DNA of 64,000 nucleotides from an uncultured Chthonomonadaceae bacterium (lineage in GTDB: Bacteria > Armatimonadota > Chthonomonadetes > Chthonomonadales > Chthonomonadaceae). The stretch covers positions 96,001-160,000 of the forward strand of contig CAWIEK010000050.1 of the NCBI GenBank assembly GCA_963835065.1. The letters are read 5' to 3'. A program made the position numbers and the translations under genes. The stretch's first letter is position 1, and each line of letters starts with the position of its first letter. Below, one piece after another: positions 1 to 9,674 of this stretch. The notes under the pieces are model-generated. The model searched no databases, was not told the DNA's origin, and saw only the letters and a program-made list of their open reading frames with translations.

Positions 1-43
1 CTTCTCCCTTGCAGGGAGAAGGTGGCCGGAGGTCGGATGAGGG
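1..43. repeat. CCCTCTCCC/GGGAGAGGG-type palindromic repeat (cut by window edge)
   Basis: CTTCTCCCT-TGC-AGGGAGAAG hairpin followed by GGATGAGGG; related copies at 13446-13484 and 20143-20176. Confidence 0.7.
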
Positions 44-906
44 TAGAAACCACCTTGCAGCGCAAACCGAAACCACACCAAGAAGCCAAACGCTTGATGC
101 GCTTGTTGGCGCGCAGGCGTTCCCATTGGCCTGCTGAACCTATGTTGCGTCAACTCAGCCCTGTGCAGGTCGAAGCATTGCAGGCGTACATCGCTGCTCG
201 TGAGACAGAACACCGCAGGCTGGCGCTGACGACCCTGTTTTTCATGCTGTGGGCGTTGGTATTTGGCATCTGTATGGGGGATTTCAAGGCAACGCTGTTC
301 ATCTTCATGGGAGAAGGAGTCTTTTTCAGCCTGTTCCTTTCCGCCGCAAAGCAATACCGCTACGCCGTCTACGCCCTGACGCAAACCGATGATTTGCGCG
401 TCCTCCCGTCACTGATACACGCAACGCGGTTTACCTGGGGCGACCATCCCGAAATTATACGTGCCATTGGCCGACTGCTGGAACACGTTACTGAAGCGGA
501 TGCCGGTTTGCTGAACGCCACTATGCAGGCAAGGCTCTGGAACATGGCAATACCGGGACTTGGATCGGGCGAACGCTTTGATGAGGCATTAGCCCTGCAC
601 ACATTGCATGCATTAGCCCTTATCGGAAATCGCAATTCTCTGCGGCAGATGCAGCAACTCGGCGCGTACGTCTACACCTACGCCATACATCAGCGCCTTA
701 TCTGGCAGGCGCAAGAGCTTGCGCCCTGCATGGAAGCCCGTTTGCAGCGGCAAGAGGTAGACGGAACCCTGCTCCGCGCCGCTAATACGCCGACGAGCGC
801 TCCCAATACGCTGTTACGCCCCGCTCGCGTCGTTACGCCTGAATCGCCGGAACAACTTCTGCGCGCCGGTACGTTGGAACATTCGGAAACCGAAGCGAAC
901 TCGTAA
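22..906 (+). CDS. Membrane protein with HEAT-like repeats and C-terminal tandem LLR(P/A) motif
   Basis: Hydrophobic hairpin (LALTTLFFMLWALVFGICM...VFFSLFL), HEAT-like helices, tail TLLRAA...TLLRPA...QLLRAG; start uncertain (22 or 37). Confidence 0.75.
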   Translation: MAGGRMRVETTLQRKPKPHQEAKRLMRLLARRRSHWPAEPMLRQLSPVQVEALQAYIAARETEHRRLALTTLFFMLWALVFGICMGDFKATLFIFMGEGVFFSLFLSAAKQYRYAVYALTQTDDLRVLPSLIHATRFTWGDHPEIIRAIGRLLEHVTEADAGLLNATMQARLWNMAIPGLGSGERFDEALALHTLHALALIGNRNSLRQMQQLGAYVYTYAIHQRLIWQAQELAPCMEARLQRQEVDGTLLRAANTPTSAPNTLLRPARVVTPESPEQLLRAGTLEHSETEANS

Positions 907-939
907 GCAGGCGCGGCAGAGCGCAAGGAGTTATGGACG

Positions 940-2103
940 CTATTTTGGTTCGCGTGGGGGAGTTTGCGCGCCGCGCAGCAGTTCGTCGGGGTAGGCGTGG
1001 GAAGGCGATAAGGCGGGGCGCAGCAGCGCGTCGGGCGTTCGGGTGTGGGGGGCGGATGTGCCGCGCAGGAGGGTGGAACGCGCCTGTTCCTGCATGGTCT
1101 TTGCCCGGAGCAAAGCCAGCAGGGATATTGCCTCCTGCTGCACCCAGGGGCGCGAACTGTCCGCCGCCAGCCGCTCGATGCCCGGCAAGGCGCGGTTATC
1201 GCCTACTGTCCGCAGGGCGGTAAGCGTCAGGCGGACGAGCGGTTCGTCCAGATCGTACAGCAGCGTCAGCAGCAGGGGCACGGCTTCCGGGCCGACAAGA
1301 CGCGCCTGATCGGGCGGCAGCACGGCGACAATCGGCAGCAGCAATCCCAACGCCTGCCGCGCCGCAAGCGCCACGCCGCTGTCCTGCGAACGCGCCATTT
1401 TTGCCAGCGGTGTCAACGCCCGCACATCGCCTAACCGTCCCAACGCGGCGCAGGCGCGGATGCGCAATTGGCTTCCTGTTGATGTCACCTGCGCCCACAA
1501 TTCCTCGGCTTCGTGGGGATGCCGCGCCGCCATTGTACCGATTAACGCCAGCAGGGTACGAAACACCAGCCGAATACTGCGCTCCCGGCGGTCGTGTTCC
1601 AATGCCAGTAGGAGCGGCTGCAAGGCGCGGGCATCCCCCCACTCCCCAAGACAGCCGACGGCCTCTTCCCGCACGGTTCCATGCGCGTGTGCCGCCGCGC
1701 GCAGCAGGGCAATCATCCCCGCTTCGCCAAAAGCAGGCAGGGCGTTTCGGGCGGCGCGCCGCACACTCGCGTCATGGCTGCCAAGCGCGTTTATGAGATG
1801 GGGTATCCAGAGCGGACTGCGGGAAACAACGGCCATATCCGCGTCGGCAGGCGAACGTAACCGGCGTGGGGCGCGCGACTTTGCCGACGAAACCTGCCGC
1901 GCCTGTGCCGCGCTTTGCACGACAACCTTATGCGCAGGTGGAGGCGGGTTCAACAGCGGGCCGGAACCGGGAGCCGTCGGCTCCAGCAGAGATTTGGCGT
2001 AGCTGTACGCGCCGTTCGCGTTCGGATCCAAAATCGGGCCGGAAGCCGAGGACGGCGGGAACGGTTCAGGAATGGGTGGGTAACGCGGATCAGAAGAATT
2101 CAC
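940..2103 (-). CDS. HEAT-repeat protein with C-terminal tandem LLR(P/G) motif
   Basis: PBS-lyase/HEAT motifs (LGEWGDARALQPL, ALGRLGDVRALTPL, VGDNRALPGIERL); tail TLLRG...ALLRPA...ELLRGA. Confidence 0.85.
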   Translation of the reverse strand: MNSSDPRYPPIPEPFPPSSASGPILDPNANGAYSYAKSLLEPTAPGSGPLLNPPPPAHKVVVQSAAQARQVSSAKSRAPRRLRSPADADMAVVSRSPLWIPHLINALGSHDASVRRAARNALPAFGEAGMIALLRAAAHAHGTVREEAVGCLGEWGDARALQPLLLALEHDRRERSIRLVFRTLLALIGTMAARHPHEAEELWAQVTSTGSQLRIRACAALGRLGDVRALTPLAKMARSQDSGVALAARQALGLLLPIVAVLPPDQARLVGPEAVPLLLTLLYDLDEPLVRLTLTALRTVGDNRALPGIERLAADSSRPWVQQEAISLLALLRAKTMQEQARSTLLRGTSAPHTRTPDALLRPALSPSHAYPDELLRGAQTPPREPK

Positions 2104-2152
2104 GATACTTTTATTGTAGCATAGATTTGGCGACAGCGATTACGCCGCCGCG

Positions 2153-2181
2153 TTGACGCGCCCAATTTGGGCTTGTATGGT
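2153..2181 (+). promoter_or_regulatory. Putative sigma70 promoter of the MFS gene
   Basis: TTGACG-17 bp-TATGGT. Confidence 0.4.
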
Positions 2182-2259
2182 GTACTATAAACAGGGAGCG
2201 GCAATGCGGCGGTTTCGCGCGTCCGCTCACTACGGAAAGTTTGGCAATGACGATTACGC

Positions 2260-3624
2260 ATGTCCTCTGATTTCAATGCAGGTTCTCATACGAGTTTTAA
2301 TGGGGAGCCTGAAGCTTCGCTCGCGCGCTGGAACTTTCGCGCCCTGCTGCTGGATGTCACCTTTTTCTCGATAGGCATGGCTTTTATTGACAGCAACGCC
2401 GTGCTGCCGCTGCTGATGGAACGGCTGGGCGCGTCCAAACCGCTGATCGGGGCGTTTGCGGCTGTCCGGTTTCTGGCGTTCAGTTTCTTTCAGGTATTTG
2501 TGTCGCAGTTGACGCACGGGCGGGCGCGACAGAAGCCGCCGCTGGCCTGGGTTGCGGCCATTACGCGCCTGCCCCTGCTGTTGCTGCCGTTCCTGCTGTG
2601 GAACGCGCATACGGGCGCAACAGCGCGTATCGTCGGCCTGTGGGCGACAATCATTGTTCTTTCCATCTGGGCGCTTGGAGATGGATTGGGCTATGTGCCC
2701 TGGCTGGAAATTGTGGCGCGCTCGTTTTCGGAACGGACGCGCGGGCGGTTCTTCGCCACCACGCAATTGCTGTCCGGCCTGAGCAGTATCGCCATTGCCG
2801 CGCTTGTCGTGCGGGGGATTTTGGCCTCGTCGCGCCTGCCGTTTCCGCACAATTACGCGCTGCTGACGGGAATTGCCGCGCTGATGTTTCAAGTGTCGCT
2901 TGTCGGAGTCCTGCTGCTGCGCGAGCCGCCGCCACCCGCAACGCCCCCGGTTCCGCATCCGCCCCTGCGCCTTTATTTTCGCCGCCTGCCGCAACTATTG
3001 CGCTCCAATCCCGTTTTTGCGCAATTAGCCGTGATACAGCTTTTTGTCGGCTTTGGAGCCGCCGCCGCGCCGTTTTACGTCCTGTACGCAGCGTCGCGTT
3101 TCGGCCTGGGAGATCAATGGGGCGGCACGTATCAGGTAATGGGCGCGGTTGGGGTTGTCGCATTGATGCCCGCGTGGGCGTGGCTGAGTGAAAAGCGGGG
3201 GCCGGGCGCGTCCATACGCGGCGTTGCGCTCGCCTGCCTGCTGACGCCCCTTGTCGCCCTGACGCTTGGCAGCGGGTCGCCCTGGCTGTTCGGGCTGGTG
3301 TTTCTGCTGATGGGCGGCAGTCTGGGGTGGGGATTGTGGATTACGTTTAACCACTACCTGCTGGCGCACGTCCGGGAAGAAGAGCGCTCCATCTTTGTCG
3401 CGCTGTTCAATCTGCTGTTCGCGCCCTCGGCTATTTATCCCTACCTGGGTGGACTGCTGGTGCAGAAGGATCGTTTTGTTACTGTGGGCGGCCTGCCCGT
3501 GCTATTCGTACTGACGGCGGGCGTGGTTTCCATCGGCCTGCTGCTGGCCCTGCGCCTGCCGCCGCCCATGAGGGAGCCTGTCTCGGCGCGTCCCGAAGCG
3601 GAACCGGCAGCCGTCGCTTTGTAA
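2260..3624 (+). CDS. MFS transporter
   Basis: 454 aa, about 12 hydrophobic segments, RTRGRFFA and WLSEKRG loop motifs. Confidence 0.85.
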   Translation: MSSDFNAGSHTSFNGEPEASLARWNFRALLLDVTFFSIGMAFIDSNAVLPLLMERLGASKPLIGAFAAVRFLAFSFFQVFVSQLTHGRARQKPPLAWVAAITRLPLLLLPFLLWNAHTGATARIVGLWATIIVLSIWALGDGLGYVPWLEIVARSFSERTRGRFFATTQLLSGLSSIAIAALVVRGILASSRLPFPHNYALLTGIAALMFQVSLVGVLLLREPPPPATPPVPHPPLRLYFRRLPQLLRSNPVFAQLAVIQLFVGFGAAAAPFYVLYAASRFGLGDQWGGTYQVMGAVGVVALMPAWAWLSEKRGPGASIRGVALACLLTPLVALTLGSGSPWLFGLVFLLMGGSLGWGLWITFNHYLLAHVREEERSIFVALFNLLFAPSAIYPYLGGLLVQKDRFVTVGGLPVLFVLTAGVVSIGLLLALRLPPPMREPVSARPEAEPAAVAL

Positions 3625-3676
3625 CTCCATGCTTCACAAGACGAATACATTTGCAGCAGAATTGCCAGGCTGTGCC

Positions 3677-3706
3677 TTGACACAATGCCTGTGTATATTG
3701 TATGCT
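3677..3706 (+). promoter_or_regulatory. Putative sigma70 promoter of rsmG
   Basis: TTGACA-18 bp-TATGCT. Confidence 0.45.
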
Positions 3707-3744
3707 GATAGAAGTGTCACCAAAGAGGGAAGACGCCGCGCCGC

Positions 3745-4576
3745 ATGAACGACTCGAATTTACAAGAAGTTTCCGTTTCGTCCTCAACCCTCCCTGCCGA
3801 CAACGCTATCATTGATAATGTGGATAAAGCTGTTCCTGTGGATACTGCGGATGATGCCTCACCCCTTCCGTCCGTTCAGGTTTCCCTGCTGCAGGGCGCG
3901 CAAGCGTTTGGATTGGTTCTGGACAGCGCAGCCCTGGCCCGTTTTGCGCGCTTTGCTTTGCTTCTGGAAGAGGGAAACCGCCAACTCAACCTGACGCGCA
4001 TACGCCCGGAAGATGTAGTCACGCTGCATTTTCTGGATTCGCTGGCGCTGGCAGTGGCGCATCGGCCCGCATCGGGAGCGCGCGTACTCGATGTCGGCAC
4101 GGGCGCGGGGTTTCCCGGAGTGCCGCTCGCCCTCGCGTTTCCTGATGTCACCGTCACTCTGATGGACAGTACGCGCAAGCGTCTCCTATGGCTCGACAGC
4201 GCGCTTTCCGAATTAGCGATTTTGAACGCCCATACGCTTCACGCCCGCGCCGAAGAACTGGCGCGCGACCTGCAGCGCCGATGAGCGTTATGATCTTGTT
4301 GTCGCCCGCGCCGTCGCGCCTCTGGCAACGCTTGCCGGCTGGCTGTTGCCGTTCGCGCGTCCGGGCGGGCTTGCCGTCGCGTACAAAAGCCAGGACATTG
4401 CCGCCGAACTTGAGGCCGCGCTGCCCGTTCTGCAAGCGCATTCCGCGACCCTGGAGCAAATCGTGGAAGTGCCCTTACCCGGCACGGACATTGCGCGTAA
4501 ACTGGTGCTGATGCGCAAACACCGCGCCGTTCCCCTGCCGCAAAGACGTAACAGGGGTCAATTTAGCCGCAAATAG
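3745..4576 (+). CDS. rsmG: 16S rRNA (guanine527-N7)-methyltransferase, 1-bp frameshift near 4281
   Basis: NLTRI, HFLDSL, LDVGTGAGFPGVPLAL in frame 1; ERYDLVVARAVA continues in the next frame. Confidence 0.92.
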
Positions 4577-4628
4577 ACGCGAATGGACGCAAATTGCATA
4601 AAGTAAAGAAACCAGGAAAGAAACAATT

Positions 4629-5150
4629 ATGCTGAAGAAGATCGTTCGCAGGACAATCGCGCTGACAATAGGCGGGCTAGTTGGCAGTGTCGCTTTGTGG
4701 CCGCGCCCCGCCGGGGCGGAGCATTTCGACATTACGCTGCGCGTGTCCGCGCCCGGCAGTCAGGGCGAAGCGTTTATGGACACCACGCCGCCCATCGGGG
4801 GAGTCAACAAGCGCCCTGTTGTGAAAGCCAAGCCGGGAACGCCCGTACGCATTACGTGGCGGATGAAAAACGCCTCGCCGCATGGCGTTCTGAAGGGCGT
4901 GACTATCCACTTCTTCGTGGTGAAGGAGGATCAGATAGGCCAGAAGCCTACGCCCGATCCTTCCGGCGACGCAGGGATTGTAGATAACAGCGTGACCGAG
5001 GACCTCGCGCCCAAAGCCGGCGTCAGCGGCAGCCTGCGCCTGAAAGCCCCGGAAGCCGGCAACTACCTCATCCGCGTCCAGAGCGAGGACACCAACGAAG
5101 AGTTCGGCCACGAACATTTTGCCGCCATAGATTTGCAAGTACAACCGTGA
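4629..5150 (+). CDS. Secreted hypothetical protein (likely beta-sandwich)
   Basis: Signal peptide ending PAGA-EHF, beta-rich sequence, typical codon usage. Confidence 0.75.
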   Translation: MLKKIVRRTIALTIGGLVGSVALWPRPAGAEHFDITLRVSAPGSQGEAFMDTTPPIGGVNKRPVVKAKPGTPVRITWRMKNASPHGVLKGVTIHFFVVKEDQIGQKPTPDPSGDAGIVDNSVTEDLAPKAGVSGSLRLKAPEAGNYLIRVQSEDTNEEFGHEHFAAIDLQVQP

Positions 5151-5151
5151 G

Positions 5152-5254
5152 TAAGGTTTTAGGGTTTTAGGGTTCTATGGTTTTAGGGGCAGAGGATCGC
5201 ATGATTTACCTTAATTCCTGCAACCCTAGAACCATAGAACCCTAAAACCCTAAC
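5152..5254. repeat. Inverted pair of TTTTAGGG-type octamer arrays
   Basis: Left arm TTAGGGTTTTAGGGTTCTATGGTTTTAGGG; right arm CCCTAGAACCATAGAACCCTAAAACCCTAA. Confidence 0.9.
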
Positions 5255-5285
5255 TTCGGGCATTGTCGCCCACAAAGGAGAGAAC

Positions 5286-6239
5286 ATGCGCCGTTCCATG
5301 CTTAACGCTCAACGCTCAACGCCCAACACCCAGTACCGAACACTCAACCCAGGGAACAGGGAACAGGGAACAGGGAACAGAAGAAACTCAATCCACAATC
5401 CACAATCGGCAATCGGCAATCGTAAATTCCTCAACCGGGCGTTCACCCTGATCGAACTGCTCGTCGTGATCGCCATTATCGCCATCCTCGCCGCTATTCT
5501 GTTCCCGGTCTTCGCGCAGGCGCGCGAAAAAGCGCGTTCCGCTTCCTGTCTGTCCAACCTCAAGCAGCAGGGAACCGCAACGGTCATGTATGTGCAGGAT
5601 TATGACGAGACATTTCCCATTGCGCTGTACTTCGGCAACAATGGAGCCACGCCCTGCACCATCCTGTCGTACCACGAAATCATTCCCTACCAGAAGAACG
5701 CGGACATGGAGCGGTGTCCGTCCGATGGAACGCCGCTGGACGTGACCAAAGCGCTGGCGAATTTAGGCTTGCCGCCGGTTTGCCCCTTAACGCCCGCGCT
5801 GCCCAAAGTCGGGTATCAGCCCAACTACGGCGTGTTCGTGTTTACGGCGGTGGTTCCCGCTGCCTATCAGAAAGCACCTGTTGGACTGCCGTCACTGGAC
5901 TATCCCGCCGATACCGCGCTGTTTTCGGATGCGACCGTGACGCAGGGCGGCAACGCGAACTTCGCGCCTCCCCTCACCGCGCCTATTCAAGCCCGCCATA
6001 GTACGCTTGTCAACGCCATCTATGCCGACAGCCACGCCAAAGTGCTGCATACCAAACTCTACACCAATGCGGGCGGTACGCAAATCACTGGCACGGCGCT
6101 GGACGGGGGCGTGTTCAACGGTGTTGTCGTTGCCGATGCGGGGCCGTACGCCACGCCCGCCAACCCATTCCCCTACACCCTGCGCGGCATCCCCAAGAAG
6201 GACGCCAATGGCAACTGGACGCTGATGAATACGCCGTAA
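5286..6239 (+). CDS. Prepilin-type N-terminal cleavage/methylation protein (DUF1559, H-X9-DG-like C-terminus)
   Basis: [34 protein letters not shown]...CLSNLKQ...[32 protein letters not shown]. Confidence 0.92.
   Translation: MRRSMLNAQRSTPNTQYRTLNPGNREQGTGNRRNSIHNPQSAIGNRKFLNRAFTLIELLVVIAIIAILAAILFPVFAQAREKARSASCLSNLKQQGTATVMYVQDYDETFPIALYFGNNGATPCTILSYHEIIPYQKNADMERCPSDGTPLDVTKALANLGLPPVCPLTPALPKVGYQPNYGVFVFTAVVPAAYQKAPVGLPSLDYPADTALFSDATVTQGGNANFAPPLTAPIQARHSTLVNAIYADSHAKVLHTKLYTNAGGTQITGTALDGGVFNGVVVADAGPYATPANPFPYTLRGIPKKDANGNWTLMNTP
5304..5429 (+). repeat. Composite heptamer array inside the prepilin leader
   Basis: AACGCTC-like x6, GGAACAG x4, (A/G)CAATC(C/G) x4-5. Confidence 0.9.
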
Positions 6240-6244
6240 TTGAC

Positions 6245-6274
6245 AAGGATGAAGGATGAAGGATGAGGGATGAA
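6245..6274 (+). repeat. GGATGAA heptamer array (x4)
   Basis: Starts 6 bp after the prepilin stop codon. Confidence 0.85.
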
Positions 6275-6307
6275 GCATCCTTGTGCTTCCCGTTCGTTTA
6301 TCGAAAT

Positions 6308-6345
6308 TCAGCCACAGGCCGCAGCGATGCGGTTCCTGTGGCTGA
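6308..6345. terminator. Hairpin between convergent genes
   Basis: TCAGCCACAGG...CCTGTGGCTGA followed by a T-rich run. Confidence 0.6.
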
Positions 6346-6427
6346 TTGTTCTGTGGGTTTCAAAAAGCAGCCAATGGTAATCGCCTCGGACACTGTAACC
6401 TTTTCTTCAAACCTTAAAATCCCAAAT

Positions 6428-6592
6428 CTAAATATGATACATCGGGCCGGACGCGCGCGAATTATCTGCATCCTCCGGTTTGGGAGGTACCGGAGGCTTG
6501 GAACGCGCCTGCCACCAGTCGAACACGCGCGTTGAGGCCAGCCCCCAGAGCAGGGGCACGATCAGGCACAGGGCGATGTAGCCGATTTTCAT
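6428..6592 (-). CDS. 54-aa single-pass membrane protein (not in the ORF track)
   Basis: MKIGYIALCLIVPLLWGLASTRVFDWWQARSKPPVPPKPEDADNSRASGPMYHI; GAGG just upstream of ATG; GC3-rich codons. Confidence 0.65.
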   Translation of the reverse strand: MKIGYIALCLIVPLLWGLASTRVFDWWQARSKPPVPPKPEDADNSRASGPMYHI

Positions 6593-7098
6593 TAAGCCTC
6601 GCTTCCGGTTGTGAAAGCGGAACGCGTTGTGCTTGCGCTTGTAACGTCCCTTGCGCTGCTATTCCCCGTTGTCGCGCGAATTCCCTTCCTGCCGCAAAAT
6701 CAAGATGCCGTGCTATAATTATGCGTATTTGCAAATACTCTCAGGGAGCCGCTCACACGATGTCGTCACCGCCGGAACAAAATCCTAGCATTTTGCTTGC
6801 AAATAGAAGTTCCATACTGCTGATGGAGAGGTGAACTATGGAAACAGACAACAAATCTTTTAGCCCTTTAAGTAAGGAAGCCTTCATTCGCGCGCGAGTT
6901 TCTGCGCAACATGACGCCCGAAGAGTTGTTAAATTTTATGGAAGCGGGCGCGGAAGGGGTAGAGCAGACAGACATGACCGGGCATTTTCCTATCAACCCG
7001 GAGCGGCCTGTGCTTGCGTCTGCCCAAACCTTGCAGAAGAAATCGGCGTGAGGGCGTTGCCGGTAGTTTGTCGTTGTTGAGGGCAGGTTGAATTAGTT

Positions 7099-7129
7099 GG
7101 GGCGCTTGTCTGTAGGTGACAAGCGCCCC
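7099..7129. terminator. Hairpin downstream of the sorbosone dehydrogenase-like gene
   Basis: Perfect 12-bp stem GGGGCGCTTGTC/GACAAGCGCCCC. Confidence 0.65.
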
Positions 7130-7186
7130 GATTGGCGTTAAAGGCCGCTTACGATCGAACGATTATGGATATCAACGGTGTGCCGC

Positions 7187-8630
7187 TTAGGGTTTGAGTG
7201 AGGCGGTGTTGCGCGTATTGTTTGCGCCCGTGTACGAGACGCGCCAGATGGTTCCGCTGGCGTCATCCGTGACGAGGAGACGCGCCGTCTTTCGCAACGG
7301 CAACGCCGACAGGACGCCCCCACACATCCCCTTCCGGCGTGACGAAGCCGGTCAGGAAATCCTCGTACTCGCCCGTCGCCTTGCCGTTCTTCATCGGGAC
7401 GCGGATCACTTTGTAGCCCGTGCGCCGCGCGCGGTTCCAGGAGCCGTGTTCGCTTGCGAAGGCGTCCAGGGCGTACTCTTTCGGGAACTGCTTGCCCGTA
7501 TAGAACGCCATTTGCAGCGACGCGGAATGGGACTGCAAAATAACGTCGGGCGTTATCACTTTGTTTTTCAGGTCGGGATGCTCGCCCTTTGCCCGCGCGT
7601 CCTCTGTCCCGCCCATGTAGTACCAGGGCCAGCCGTAAAAGCCGCCCTCTTCCACATGCGTGATGTAGTCGGGAACCAGGTGGTCGCCCAGGCCGTCGCG
7701 CTCGTTGACGCTGCACCACAATTGCCCGGTCGTGGGATGGATGGCAAGGCCGACAGCGTTGCGGATGCCCGCCGCGTAGATTTTCTCGTTCTTGCCGTCC
7801 GCCGTATATTCCAGAATGTCCGCGCGGCGCGTATCCTGATCCGTGTCGCGCTCATGGGCGTTGGAGATGCTGCCCACAGACACGAACAGACGCTTGCCAT
7901 CTTTGGAAAAGCGCACGTCGCGGGTCCAGTGCCCGCCGCCGCGCAGCCTGCCGCCGCCGGGAATGTTGCTGACAAGGGTTTCCGCCTGCCCGCGCGCCTG
8001 CGTGTCGCCGTTCTGGTACGGGATGCGAACCACGCTGTCCGTATTGCCGATAACGACATACTGCGGATTGGGGCCGGCGGGATAGAACGTCAGGCCGAAG
8101 GGCTTGGAAAGTCCCGTCGCATACGTGAAAATCTGCGGATTGCCGCCATCAGGGGACGGGCGCAGGATTTTGACTCGCTCCGGCCCGCTTTCCACGACAA
8201 ACACATCGCCGTTGGGCGCGGTCTGAATGTAGCGGCAATTTTCCAGCCCGGTCACATACGCTTCCACCTTGAACCCGGCGGGCGCTTTGGGCCAGGCATT
8301 TTCGGGGCGGCGAACCATGTGCGGGCCGTTGTCAACCGAGCGCGTGGCGTATTGCGGCGGCAGGTCAGCCAGCGTCAAATGTCGGCGCACTCCGGGCGCG
8401 TCCGTTGTCCAATCGCCCAGGGCGTCCTGTCCGGTCAACACGCGGGCGAGAGCGGATTTCGCGCCGGGAGCATGCCCGACAAGCGCAGCGTTGCCGACAG
8501 GCGGCGTTTGTTGCGTACGGGCGCAGGCGGCTATGCCGAGAACGCAAACCGGAGCCAGCAGCAAGCTGATACGATGCGAATTCCGCGCTGAAAAAGCGGG
8601 ACGTACAAACCGCTTTACAGGTAAATTCAT
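7187..8630 (-). CDS. PQQ-dependent sugar / L-sorbosone dehydrogenase family protein, frameshift near 7280
   Basis: GIRNAVGL, VNERDGLGDHLVPDY, FYGWPW, HGSWNR, GRPVGV; true tail LLVTDDASGTIWRV is in the adjacent frame; possible lipobox GIAAC. Confidence 0.88.
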
Positions 8631-8914
8631 GACAGAAAATGTTCCTTCCTGATACGACAGCCAACATGAATGAAGAATTGGCTTTTAATGTGATCTTGCT
8701 CCTTCAAAGAACTGTGGAGACACAACAGGCTTGAAGATTGACAGCAGGCAGCATTTGCGCCTGCCATCGCCATAAACTATTACGCGCCACAACGCCATTT
8801 GATTGCAGTTTACCGGGCGTATACGGCCTGCGAATCTCGGAACACAGCAGAGGAACCTATAACACATTCCGGGCGTAATGCGGACAGGAAAGCGTTGCCG
8901 AAGGAGACATCGCG

Positions 8915-9457
8915 ATGGAGACCTGCATCATTCTGGTGGACAACACGAATTTGTTTGTGGGCGGGCAGCAGTATTCGGCGCATTGCAAGCACATCGAAGG
9001 ACAGGTGAATGGACATGCCGCCGCTGACCATAGCTGGCGGCTGGATTACACGCATTTGTATGAATTTCTGGCGTCACAGCGGCGCGTTGAGGCAGCGCTT
9101 GTCGTGGGTGGCTGCCCGCCGCATGGCGAGTGCGCGTGGGAAAAAGCCGCCAAAAAAGCCAGTTTCGAGGTCATACTGCACCCCGTCAACAGCCAGAATC
9201 TGGAAAAAGAAGTGGACACTGATCTGGTGGCGCGGGGTACGGAGTATATCTGCACATCGGAAAACAAAGGGATTGTGGTTTTGGCATCCGGGGACCGGGA
9301 TTTCGTGCCCCTCGTGGAGGTGGCGCACCGGCACGGCTGGAAGGTGGAACTGTGCGCGTTCAGCAGTTCCTTCCACGAGGACGGCGAACTGGCGCAAGCG
9401 GCGGATAAAGTGCGTCTGCTGGACAACAAACTAAAGGAAGTCGGGCATTACGAGTAG
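8915..9457 (+). CDS. NYN domain (PIN-like) protein
   Basis: ILVDNTNL, EKEVDTDL, LASGDRDFVPLVE...GWKVE; RBS AAGGAG. Confidence 0.88.
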   Translation: METCIILVDNTNLFVGGQQYSAHCKHIEGQVNGHAAADHSWRLDYTHLYEFLASQRRVEAALVVGGCPPHGECAWEKAAKKASFEVILHPVNSQNLEKEVDTDLVARGTEYICTSENKGIVVLASGDRDFVPLVEVAHRHGWKVELCAFSSSFHEDGELAQAADKVRLLDNKLKEVGHYE

Positions 9458-9479
9458 GAAACCGCAATTCCGCCCTATC

Positions 9480-9650
9480 CCTCGCGTTGTCGCTGCCATC
9501 CAACTGCAAGACGGGGTTGCCTTGCGGATCGAAGGCATAGAACGCGCTGCTGCTTGTGCCCGCCTGCCGCCGCGCCAGCAAGCCCGTCAGCCCGAACGTC
9601 GTTGTCGCCTGCACATTGCCGTTGCTGTCCAACTCGCATACGGGCAAAAT
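9480..9650 (-). pseudogene. RHS/YD-repeat protein fragment
   Basis: PVCELDSNGNVQATTTFGLTGLLARRQAG...FYAFDPQGNPVLQLDGS resembles the pre-core region of RHS proteins; no start, core or toxin tip. Confidence 0.65.
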
Positions 9651-9674
9651 ATCCAGTATCTAAATATCTTTCCT

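Noticed and set aside
4270..4290. Programmed frameshift or readthrough in rsmG
   Set aside because: No slippery site; the same indel pattern occurs in many unrelated genes.
5152..5254. Eukaryotic telomere contamination
   Set aside because: Arrays are short, degenerate, paired and embedded between bacterial genes at several loci.
7194..8591. Long antisense ORFs (also 28385-29731, 33037-34326, 61576-62859)
   Set aside because: Shadows of GC-rich genes on the opposite strand; no motifs.
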